Position numbers and translations under genes: made by a program. DNA of 64,000 bases, taken from NCBI GenBank assembly GCA_964016885.1, contig OZ024740.1:122326001-122390000 (forward strand), written 5' to 3'. Position 1 is the first letter of the stretch; every line of letters begins with the position of its first letter. The notes beneath the pieces are model-generated. The model was not told the origin of the DNA. It did not search any database and saw nothing but the letters and a program-made list of their open reading frames with translations. Source of the DNA: Eledone cirrhosa. Lineage: Eukaryota. Of this stretch, positions 42,571-54,224 are shown one piece after another.

Positions 42571-44545
42571 TAGACATAGAATATTCGAAAATATTCTGTA
42601 TGTTTATAATAAACATTTTGAAGACCTAATCGCTATAGAATAGAATACGTCACGTATTACAATTAGATTCTCGATAAAAGCAAGGGAAGTAATCTACGCG
42701 TTTCATTCTCGTTAGAAATCATCAGGACTACATATCCAGTGCTTTTATCGAGAATGACACAGCTAGAGACTTATAGAATACTTAGCTGTGTACAGGAACT
42801 GGTTTGAAAGAGCGGTTGCCGGTCCGGCAGAAATTAGAAATTGGAATAAATGCTCTGAAATAGCGATATATATGTGAATATAGACATAGAATATTCGAAA
42901 ATATTCTGTATGTTTATAATAAACATTTTGAAGACCTAATCGCTATAGAATAGAATACGTCACGTATTACAATTAGATTCAGAGCATTTATTCCAATTTC
43001 TAATTTCTGCCGGACCGGCAACCGCTCTTTCAAACCAGTTCCTGTACACAGCTAAGTATTCTATAAGTCTCTAGCTGTGTCATTCTCGATAAAAGCACTG
43101 GATATGTAGTCCTGATGATTTCTAACGAGAATGAAACGCGTAGATTACTTCCCTTGCTTTTATCGAGAATCTAATTGTAATACGTGACGTATTCTATTCT
43201 ATAGCGATTAGGTCTTCAAAATGTTTATTATAAACATACAGAATATTTTCGAATATTCTATGTCTATATTCACATATATATCGCTATTTCAGAGCATTTA
43301 TTCCAATTTCTAATTTCTGCCGGACCGGCAACCGCTCTTTCAAACCAGTTCCTGTACACAGCTAAGTATTCTATAAGTCTCTAGCTGTGTCATTCTCGAT
43401 AAAAGCACTGGATATGTAGTCCTGATGATTTCTAACGAGAATGAAACGCGTAGATTACTTCCCTTGCTTTTATCGAGAATCTAATTGTAATACGTGACGT
43501 ATTCTATTCTATAGCGATTAGGTCTTCAAAATGTTTATTATAAACATACAGAATATTTTCGAATATTCTATGTCTATATTCACATATATATCGCTATTTC
43601 AGAGCATTTATTCCAATTTCTAATTTCTGCCGGACCGGCAACCGCTCTTTCAAACCAGTTCCTGTACACAGCTAAGTATTCTATAAGTCTCTAGCTGTGT
43701 CATTCTCGATAAAAGCACTGGATATGTAGTCCTGATGATTTCTAACGAGAATGAAACGCGTAGATTACTTCCCTTGCTTTTATCGAGAATCTAATTGTAA
43801 TACGTGACGTATTCTATTCTATAGCGATTAGGTCTTCAAAATGTTTATTATAAACATACAGAATATTTTCGAATATTCTATGTCTATATTCACATATATA
43901 TCGCTATTTCAGAGCATTTATTCCAATTTCTAATTTCTGCCGGACCGGCAACCGCTCTTTCAAACCAGTTCCTGTACACAGTTAAGTATTCTATAAGTCT
44001 CTAGCTGTGTCATTCTCGATAAAAGCACTGGATATGTAGTCCTGATGATTTCTAACGAGAATGAAACGCGTAGATTACTTCCCTTGCTTTTATCGAGAAT
44101 CTAATTGTAATACGTGACGTATTCTATTCTATAGCGATTAGGTCTTCAAAATGTTTATTATAAACATACAGAATATTTTCGAATATTCTATGTCTATATT
44201 CACATATATATCGCTATTTCAGAGCATTTATTCCAATTTCTAATTTCTGCCGGACCGGCAACCGCTCTTTCAAACCAGTTCCTGTACACAGCTAAGTATT
44301 CTATAAGTCTCTAGCTGTGTCATTCTCGATAAAAGCACTGGATATGTAGTCCTGATGATTTCTAACGAGAATGAAACGCGTAGATTACTTCCCTTGCTTT
44401 TATCGAGAATCTAATTGTAATACGTGACGTATTCTATTCTATAGCGATTAGGTCTTCAAAATGTTTATTATAAACATACAGAATATTTTCGAATATTCTA
44501 TGTCTATATTCACATATATATCGCTATTTCAGAGCATTTATTCCA

Positions 44546-44547
<2 letters not shown>
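42571..44547. mobile_element. Retrozyme-like array: ~1.3 inverted units (42571-42980) plus 5 direct 310-bp units (42981-44547), in (TA)n
   Basis: CATTCTCGATAAAAGC recurs at 43081, 43391, 43701, 44011 and 44321 (period 310). Only one substitution was noticed (43982). No ORF of 60 aa or more. One hammerhead per unit. Confidence 0.92.
43082..43170 (+). ncRNA. Type I hammerhead ribozyme (also at +310, +620, +930, +1240 and on minus at 42667-42755)
   Basis: ATTCTCGATAAAAGCA-loop-GTAGTC CTGATGA T TTCT aacg AGAA T GAAA CGCG TA GATTAC-loop-TGCTTTTATCGAGAAT; predicted cleavage after A43142. Confidence 0.92.
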
Positions 44548-44589
<42 letters not shown>

Positions 44590-44594
<5 letters not shown>

Positions 44595-45012
44595 ATGGAC
44601 ATTTACATGTTTTAGTTGCAATTGACTGTGAAATAAAGTGTCTTGCTCAAGGACATAACGCATCGCCCGGTCCAGGAATCGAACTCACAACCTCAACATT
44701 GTGGATCCAATTCTCTAACCACTCAGCCACACGCCTAATAGTGAAGGCGTATGGCTGAGTGGTTAGAGAATTGGATTCGCAATCGTAAGGTTGTGAGTTC
44801 GATTCCTGGACCAGGCGATGCGTTATGTCCTTGAGCAAGACACTTTATTTCACGTTGCTCCTTCTACCTGGAGTTGCGACCGATAGATAGTATTAGCAAT
44901 TATTGCAACTAAAACATGTAAATGTTCATCAAATATTAATTTATTCTGCTCAGAAGCGATTCTTAGAGCTGAAATGATTGTAAATGACCCCATTGAGTGT
45001 AAACTCTAAGTT
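44590..45012. repeat. Head-to-head tRNA/CORE-like SINE palindrome (44628-44853) nested in a 33-bp inverted repeat with a tail
   Basis: A box TGGCTGAGTGG, B box GAGTTCGATTCC and TGTCCTTGAGCAAGACACTT on both strands; outer IR 44590-44622/44902-44934. Confidence 0.85.
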
Positions 45013-45030
45013 ATATTATATATATATAAT

Positions 45031-45459
45031 CGATCGACTTTCGTCAAATCGGACTGAGGAAACAATGTTTCCGTTGGTCTTTCCAGTTGCTAGTACTATC
45101 TATCGGTCGCAACTCCAGGTAGAAGGAGCAACGTGAAATAAAGTATCTTGCTCAAGGTCATAACGCATCGCCCGGTCCAGGAATCGAACTCACAACCTCA
45201 ACATTGAGGATCCAATTCTCTAACCATTCAGCCACACGCCTAATAGTGAAGGCGTGTGGCTGAGTGGTTAGAGAATTGGATTCGCAATCGTAAGGTTGTG
45301 AGTTCGATTCCTGGACCAGGCGATGCGTTATGTCCTTGAGCAAGACACTTTATTTCACGTTGCTCCTTCTACCTGGAGTTGCGACCGATAGATAGTATTA
45401 GCAATTGGAAAGACCAACGGAAACATTGTTCCTCGGTCCGATTTGACGAAAGTCGATCG
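45031..45459. repeat. ~430-bp palindrome centred on two divergent SINE heads
   Basis: CGATCGACTTTCGTCAAATCGG...CCGATTTGACGAAAGTCGATCG with centre TAATAGTGA at ~45245; same core as 44628-44853. Confidence 0.9.
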
Positions 45460-46134
45460 TTAAAGAGATATATATAATATATATATAGTAATATATATAT
45501 ATATATATAGTAATAAATAAATAATTAATATATATATATATATTTACATATATTTACATGTGTGTGCGTGTGTGCGTGTAATTTGTATATTGGCTAAGCA
45601 GCAATAATCGTGGAATTGTGTATTATACTGCATTATGCTACTATTAATTACTACAATATGGCAAAAGATGTGCATGGTGTTAAACATTCATTAATCCATT
45701 TTTCATCTGCTGAAATAGCCTAACGGTACACAATTTCATTCACCAACGAATAAAAGATTGCCATTTACCATTAAAATTAGTATACCGTAAATATTTCAGA
45801 TTAAAAATGCTGAATGAATTAGATAACTAATTTCTATCTCATATAATTAATACAAATAAATTACGTACATTTGCTTTGATGTTAGAGGCAAATAGCGTTG
45901 TTTAAAGTTATGACGAGTCTAAAAATCGGTTGGCAAGTGTTTTACAGGTATTCTGACGTTATTAAATCGGAAGAAAATGTCATCCCTTACATAATATCTG
46001 AAGAATCAAGCATTCGTAAGTTACCTATATATGCTAAGGGTCTGTGAAATGTGTTTATGTAGGATGATAAAACCGACTGGTTCATTATTTCATATATCGC
46101 GTTCATCAATACTATCGGCCCTGTGTCTATGGTT

Positions 46135-46330
46135 ACGTGGGCTAGTGGTAGGAGTGCTGGACTTACGATCATAATGTCGACGGTTCGATTCCTGGACTTG
46201 GTTGTGTTGTGTTCTTGAGCAAACACTTGATTCCACGTTGCCTCTGTACACTCAGCTAAATATGAGTAGCAAAAATAATTATGGACAGCCGTCCTGTCGT
46301 GTGGGGAGAAAATATATGTTACGAGTCTGC
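46135..46330 (+). mobile_element. tRNA-derived CORE-like SINE, diverged
   Basis: GGGCTAGTGG...GGTTCGATTCCTGGAC...TGTTCTTGAGCAAACACTT. Confidence 0.7.
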
Positions 46331-48873
46331 GCCTCTTCTTCTATACTAATGGATCATGTTTCTCACCGTTTTCATGATTAGCATTTCTAATTGAGTTTCT
46401 GATGAAACATTAGTTTCATATTTAGTAATTTTTGTGACAGAAAAAAATAGTAAAATACATCAATTATCAATAGCAGCCAAAGAGGCAAACAAGCGATAGA
46501 CCTTCGCCGAAGCCACACAATCTGCTCTAAATAGTACCCACAAATCTTTGTCCTTTGCAATTGAGTATCTTTAAAATAACATTATATAATGGTGTTCTGA
46601 GTCCACTATATCTACATAAATGACTACATGGTCAACGCTGATTCACTATTAATGGTATATTTGCTGTTTCAGTGTTGAGTCAAGAAATATAGAACAATAT
46701 CCCTGGTAAAAATGCTAGAAGGATTTGAACTTAATATCATGGCATGATGAAGACCATTCTACGAGACATCTTCTCTAGACCCCTTCCCCTCTGTTGTCCA
46801 TCGCAATCAATTTCCCGAGGTTGTTTATATGAAAGTGTTGTAGGTAAAGCCTGGAGATATATATTATAACTATGGACGTTGTTTATTTGGCTTCGGCCTT
46901 TATTCCATATCCTTTCACTATTTGGATTATCGTTATTCAAAAGGGTGTATTATGATAAGTTTTTCAGTGTTGGTGTAATCAATTTGCTGCTTCCATACGT
47001 CAAAATAAATTTCCTGTTCATGAACATTTCTCTTATTAGTTTTCCGTTCACATGATGCCTAAAATTCCACGTTTGTTTGGCTAGCAAGACTAAAAACTAA
47101 TTCCTACCAATTACATAATTTACAAAATTATAGATAAAACCCTTCAACGTGTTACCATGATTTCGTTAAAGTTATGCCCGTCTCAGTCAATTTAGATTTG
47201 CATATAAACTCATAAAAATATATAATTCATAAATATTCCATATTGTTATGATTCAACATCCTTAATCATGTATATATTGTTAATATGGAATGATGTTCTA
47301 TTCACACAGCTAGTCTATATAACACCACAGGTCCTCATACAATATTTAATATTCACCTCTCCTTATGTAAATCATAAAATATATATGCTTGAAATCCAAC
47401 AAATATATAGATTAGATATCCAACACATAGAGAGTTTAGTAATAACATCAAGTAAAATATATTTCCAACTTGCACCAGTCTTGAGTCATGCATACAATAT
47501 CTTTATTACTGCTCTATTATTTGATATTACAATGTAAAAAGTAAGTAATTGAATGTTTTTTTTTTCTAAATACTGCGCTGCTTTCATATCCTGTCATTCG
47601 AACTATATGGCCCAATTATCATTACTGATCATGTTCCTTTGGGTCTTGATTGTGATAGAAATACATATATAGACGTTACTGATATTGTTTGTTGTTTAAT
47701 AGTGTTATAACTTAATCCACAAGAGAAATCATAATTTAACAGATACCACGCTTTAATGTTAAGCAGTATCAGCCTTATTGCATTTCATCTCCTTATATTT
47801 TGAATAAACTGAAAACAATTTTTCATCATGTTCCAACACAAGTTTTTAAACAACCTCCTATCTTGCTCTTCTGTGAATATACTAAATGGTAGATATCATA
47901 TCGATAAAGGCGAAAGCGTACACTTCATTGTTAATTGTGGCATCAACAAGTAAATATTGAATCTCTCACTACATAATAGGAAGAGAAACTAAATGAATTA
48001 ATTTTTCTGTGAGAATGGTTATGACCTTACGAGTGCGAATAAAATTATATAATGGAATGGACTCTAGAAATTATCTAAGATAAGTGATTCTACTAAGTTA
48101 AATCTCAGCAACCAGCTATTGCCAATTAGATCCAAGATATATAATTCAAAATTGCTAACAAAACAATAATTCATGCCATCCGATCAACGACATCATATAA
48201 TACAATTAGAACATTATCAACAAAAGTAAACTCTGATAACAAAATTAGTATCGGATCAAAAGAGATTCAATAAATTGTGACTATTTATCAATTACTAATG
48301 GTGGCTTCGTTTGATATTTATTTCTCATCATTAGGGTGTTGATTTATGAACACTAGTGAAATTCGGACGAGTATTTGGTGATACATTAGTTTTGTATGAT
48401 GTGTTGGTAAATCTCGCAGCAAATTTCCAATTTACATACATATTGACAATCTGGTGGGTACAGAGATATACAGGATTATATATCTACTGGTACAGACCAC
48501 TACATAGATTGATTGGTGATTAGATGAACAAGGAAAGGAACATATATGTAAATAATGAGTTAAATTGATATATAGAGTGTTATGGAGAACAATATATCAA
48601 CGGACGTAATTGAGGCACATGTAGACAATCTAATACAAAAGCACACGCACACACAAATACAGGCATATATGTATATTTATAAGGAGCAGAAACGAAGTAT
48701 CAATATAGCATCATTTTGTTTTTTTTCAAGTGACGCGCATTTCATGGGAGTCGATAAACCCATCATATTTGTGGATTCTTGAGCTTTCGATTTCAGAGTC
48801 CGGTGCAATTAATACCCATCCTAACTTGAACTGGTCGATTGCGTAACACACGTACCGCGTGGATGTACATAAT

Positions 48874-49051
48874 TGTTTTTACTTTTGACACAAGGCCAGC
48901 AATTGCCCAGTGCATTACTGGTACTTTATTTTATCGATCCCGTAAGGATGAAAGGCAGTTAACCTCGGCGGGATTTGAACTCAGAATGGCAAGGGCCGTA
49001 ACTCTATGCGTCAAAGCATGGCGTCCGACCCTCTACCGATAGAGCCAATCC
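48874..49051 (-). mobile_element. tRNA-derived SINE (Meta/MESC-like central domain) with a ~20-bp target-site duplication
   Basis: B box GAGTTCAAATCC; central GCCTTTCATCCTTACGGGATCGATAAAATAAAGTACCAG; ACCGCGTGGATGTACATAAT at both 48854-48873 and 49052-49071. Confidence 0.85.
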
Positions 49052-49092
49052 ACCGCGTGGATGTACATAATGATTCGTTCCTATTCCTGGAC

Positions 49093-49695
49093 TGGCAGTA
49101 TCGGTAGAGGGTCGGACGACCGGCTTTTCAGCAAAGAGTTACGGCCCTTTATGGTCTGAGTTCAAATCCGGCCGACGTTAATTTTGCCTTTCATCCTTAC
49201 GGGGTCGATAAAATAATGTACAAGTGGGATAATTGCTGGCCTTGTGCCAACAGTAGAAACAATTATTATTATTATTATTGTGGTGGATTGGCAATATTGG
49301 TAGAGCGTCGGATGAATGCTTTTCAGCATAGAGTTACGGCCCTTTATGATCTGAGATCAGATCCCGTCGAGTTTAACTTTGCCTTTATAAAATAAAAGTA
49401 ACAGACACGCACTGGGGTCGATTTAATCGACTTCCCTCTCCCCCAAAATATGCTGGCCTTGTGCCTATATAAGAAAACATTATTATTATGGTGGATTGGT
49501 AGTATCGGTAGAGGGCCGGTCGCCATGCTTTGACGCATAGCGTTACGGCGCTTGCCATTCTGAGTTAGAATCCCGCCGAGGTTATCTTTGATTTTCATCC
49601 TTACGGGGTCGATAAATAAGGTACCAGTAATGCACTGGGTTATTGCTGGCCTTGTGCCAAATATAGAAAAAAATATTATTATTATAGTTATTATT
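49093..49695 (+). mobile_element. Three tandem copies of the same SINE family separated by (TTA)n
   Basis: Heads (GG)TGGATTGGCAGTATCGGTAGAG at ~49093, 49281 and 49490; tails GCTGGCCTTGTGCC..AGAAAC(ATT)n. Confidence 0.85.
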
Positions 49696-49696
49696 G

Positions 49697-52600
49697 TTCT
49701 GTGAGTCTTAGTCATTAATGTTATTTAACTGGAAAGTTTGTTGAAATGAATATCAAGCCGCTATCTGCAGCCTCAGACATTCAGGACGTATCGGAGGGTT
49801 CTTGCTTTTCACAGCAAGCATGCCTTTTGAAGTATACCAAAAAGTGGGGCTGGACTAATCTTCTTTAACCATCCTTGGAAACCTTTTGAGATAGTACATA
49901 GTGCGCTTATGACAATCGGGAAGACCTTGATTTCATAGCAGTTCCAAATCCTTTTTATCTCCCACTTTAAATCCTGGTATCGGGTAATTTTTCCCCTCTC
50001 CTTTTCTTGCACTTTCGTGTCAAATGGGCAGGCTACATCTACAATCAGACACGATGTTTTTTCCTTGTCCAAAACCACCAGGTCGGGCCTATTGTGTTCT
50101 AATATTTTGTCCGTCTATATGCTAAAATCCAATAGTACCTTCACCTGATCGTTTTCTATCACCGACTCTGGCTTATGCTCATACCACTTCTAAGAATGTG
50201 GTAAATTGTTTATTTTGCATAGATGCCAGTGGATCACCCTGTCTATCACATCATGTCTCCAGCCTTTATAGTGAGTCTGGGCTAGGTGTTTACACTCGGA
50301 TACAATGTGAGCCACAGTCTCTTCTCTCTCTCCACAGATCCTACACAGTGGACTAGCCTCCTCATTGTTAATATGGTGTTTCACCCACATCGTTCTGAGG
50401 GCTTGCTCTTGCGCAGCCATTAGCCTTCCTTCAGTAGCTTTTTTAAGGTCTCCTCTTTTCAACCTGTTCCATGTCTGTGGATCTCTAAAGTCAGTTTTCT
50501 TAAAGAAGGTACTATGAAGGGATTTTTCATGAAAGTTGCTCTTCCTCCTTGCTGTTATTTCCTCCCTGGACATCCACTGGTCTATTGCCTTCTCCTTCCG
50601 TACAATTCTGAGCATTGGCTCCTTACTATCAGTCACGTATTTGTGTAGGTTGTTTTTCTCCATCTGAACACAGTCCTCTATGCGGATAAGACCGCTTCCA
50701 CCTTCAGATCTCCTTAAGTTGAGTCTATCGACATCACTCCTCTTGTGGAACATGTTGTAGATAGTCAATAGCTTCCTAGTCTTCCTATCCATTTTGTTTT
50801 GTTCAGCAACATTCCATTTCAGAATTCCCGCACTGTACCTAATAATAGACACAACTCGGTAATTTACTGCACTTAGAAATTCCTACTATTCAGATGTGAT
50901 TTTAATACGCCCCTTACTCTCATTATTTAGTCAGATCTAATCAATTCCTTCATTCTCTTGTTCTTGCTGCCATCTGCCTCCAGAACACCTAAATATTTAT
51001 ATCCCTCTGCAGTGTCAATTTCCTTTATCATCTCACCTTTTAGTACCTGTAATCTGTTGCTTCTGCTCAATTTACCCCCTCTTCATCACAAGGACTCCAC
51101 ACTTTTTAATACCAAATTGCATACATATATCATTGCTGAAAATATGGACAGTGTCAACAAGTACATCCATCTTCTTCTCTCTTACCAAGGAGTTTAAGAT
51201 CGTCCGTGAAGAGGAGGTGATTCATGGTAAGCTCTCCTTTTGCCAACTTTTCCCAGGACTTCATACTTTTGCTCACAACTGTCTGATATTATCTGCCACC
51301 TTGAAGATCTCTAGGTTTTTGTTTATCCAAGAATGAGGTACCATGTCGAATGCCTTTTTATAATCTATCCAACCTATGGCAAGAACAGTGTGCCTCCTTT
51401 TGCAATTCCTTAATACTATCTTATCAGTAAGTAACTGTTCTTTTGTACCAAGGGGCTTCTTTCGGCATCCTTTCTGTTCGTCCGGTAACAAGTTGTTTAT
51501 GTGGAGGTGATGGTAGATTTTTAGCAGACACAATGCTTGGTAACAGTTTCCACTTTATAGACAGACATGTGATAGGCCTATTGTTAGTAACATCATTACC
51601 CTTGATTCGGTCTTTCATTAGCAGAAATGTGGTACATTTTGTCAACAACTCTGGTACTTCACCCGACATCAAGCAGTCATTGAACATGGTTGTCAGTTTC
51701 GGGTGGACGGATGTTATATTTTTAATACAATACCCTTGCACACCATCTGGTCCTGGTGATTTCCAGGTGGTTAGTATTTTGGCCTGCCCTTTACGAGTTT
51801 CAACTGTAATACTCAAATCAAGTTGTTGGCGTGCCTGTTCACTAATCTCCTTTTGAACTGTCTCAATCCACACAGCCTGACTATGTCGTTCAACATCCTG
51901 CTCCCGTATTCCTCTCCAGAATGTCTTAGTCTGTTCCGCCTCAGGGATCACGTCGTTGCCTGTTCCTTTCCCTTCAAGCTGTGCAAAGATCATCTTCTGG
52001 TTGTTGTCACCTGTGGTTCTGTCTATACTGACTGACTCAGCTCTCATACCGCCTAATCTTTGCACTTTTTGCTACAATGCGTTGCTTCAGTTCCTCTATG
52101 ATAATATTTAGCTTTTTCCCCTAGTTTTGTATTTTATTTTCAATCTATCTTTAGTGTCTATGTTTTGTAATGGCCCATTGAGTAAGGCCTCAATCTTTCC
52201 AATGTCTTTTCTCATTTCCTTGATTTGACCATTCAGTCGTTTCTTACACCAAGGGTCTGATCTTTCTTGTTTGTTGTTTCCTCTCGTTTTTATGCCAAGT
52301 ACTTTCCCCACCGCAATTGCGGTTGCTTTAAGGATATTGTTGCATTGGTGAAGGTTCCTCGCCTCAAGACTTTGTTTACCTTATCTGTTGTTTCTTTTAA
52401 CTTTTTAACCTGTCTACAAATCTTAGGTTCATAGTTTTTCCACTGTCATTGTTCATTTCATCTACCACTATGTTCAGGATATCAACCAAATCTTGCCCTA
52501 GCCCGTCAGCATTCATTCCCTCAATGGCCGTATCTTTGTTCCAGATGTTATTTATTTCAGCATTCAGATCATTGTCTGCTTCGGATGCTTTCCTCAGGTC

Positions 52601-54180
52601 TCTCAACCTCTTCACCTTCATTTTCCACTGGCTCGTTTGGCTGACATACTCCACTCTCCATTTCCAACTTAATCTATCTCCTCAGTTCCTCCAGTTCCAA
52701 CTCGCTTATCCATCCATTAGTTCTTATTACCCAAGCCTGTCCGGCAAATTTTTGTTCATCTAATTTAAATAGACCAATCTCGTTCCAGATGTTATGCATT
52801 CGTTTCGTATAGGCTTTTTCCATGGGGTTACTCTTCTGGTCACATTTCATGACAGTTCTTTCAATTATTTCGTCCATTTGGTTCTTGTCCCTTTCCTTCT
52901 TCTTCCTCCAACACCAGCAGTATTTGGATGACAGCCAGGTCACTACTGCTGGGCCAGGGTGCACTTGCTGGGTGAGAGTCTGTCACATGACGTTCCAGTC
53001 TCCTCTTCACCATTATTCGAACTCTTTAGGTTCGACATTTAAACACTCATATCGAGGATTGGTGAATGTATGGTTACATAACTACCGATTATTTAATCAC
53101 CCCCAGTGATTTCATCACCCCCGGTGATTTTAGCGTGGCACCATCACGCTGTAGACGAACATAGATAACATAAATAAACAAATAAATAGAAAAAAAAATT
53201 AAAAAAATAAACTTAAGTTCTATTGTAATATTTGAATGTCTTTCCTTGTTTTTTTGTGTTTGTTTTTTTTTTCCCTTACGTTTTTCGTTTTTCAAGGCCA
53301 TTAACATCGGTTACTAGAGTCGTTGTTGCTGCTGCTGCTGTTTTTGATTTTAGCTACGAGTAATGTGTGGGCTGATGCGTTCAACACTTTTGACATTTAT
53401 TCTTGTTGTTGGATTTGTTTTTATCTGTGTTCTGTTCTATAATCTTTCGACTAGTTGCTTATTATTATTATATTATTTTCCTTTGATCCTTACGGGGTAG
53501 ATAAAATAATGTACCAGTAATGCACTGGTTAATTGCTGGCCTTGTGCCTAAAGTAGAAACAATTATTATTATTATATTATAGTTTAGATTTGACATCGTT
53601 TAAACTAAACATTTTGAGAGAGTTTAAAGATACAACAATAATTACTTTGGTGTTGTTACTGTTGTTGTTTGCTGTTTGACCGGGTCACTAAATCACCCGA
53701 TATATAAATGGTCATGCCTTCCTCGCTTCTCTTCTTGTGTAGTGTCACTACTACCATCCCTCTCTTAACAGGACGTAGTGAGGGAATAGTGGTGGTAGCG
53801 ATGATACAGTAATAGCGGTGGTGGTGGCATGGTAGTAGTATAGTGATGGTGTTGCTGCAGCAGTTGGTTTGTATTTGGCAAGATTTTTTGTGGTAGTGGT
53901 GATGATGGCGGCGGTCGTGGTGTTGGTGGTGAAATGATTTGCCTGTTATTTGTAACCATTTTTTTTTTACTATAACATTTCTGATACAAAATTAAATATT
54001 AAATATTGGAGCCCTATGCCATAATGTGATGCGTTGTCACTTCCTGAGAGTTTGACTGGTATCTTATGTTCCGTTTCTAATAAGAAATTATTCTATCACA
54101 ATTGTTTCAAATATGTCAAGAATCAAAAGATTACGGAAGCTATTCCATAGCACTCTATCCACCTTGTGCGTACTTCCTAT
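49697..54180 (-). mobile_element. Dong/R4 family B, full-length decayed copy (SINE 3' fragment at 53476-53580 within the 5' UTR)
   Basis: RT, CCHC and RLE ORF pieces across 49809-52964; the 5' UTR 53100-54180 aligns to the reverse complement of 55748-56570. Confidence 0.88.
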
Positions 54181-54183
54181 TTA

Positions 54184-54223
<40 letters not shown>

Positions 54224-54224
54224 G

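Noticed and set aside
42981-44547. CRISPR array or ordinary satellite
   Set aside because: Units are identical throughout with no unique spacers, and the context is eukaryotic. The ribozyme and inversion fit a retrozyme better.
46390-46410. Isolated CTGATGA
   Set aside because: No stem II or separate GAAA partner; expected by chance.
44628-49695. tRNA genes
   Set aside because: A and B boxes are followed by SINE body domains, with no complete cloverleaf or acceptor stem.
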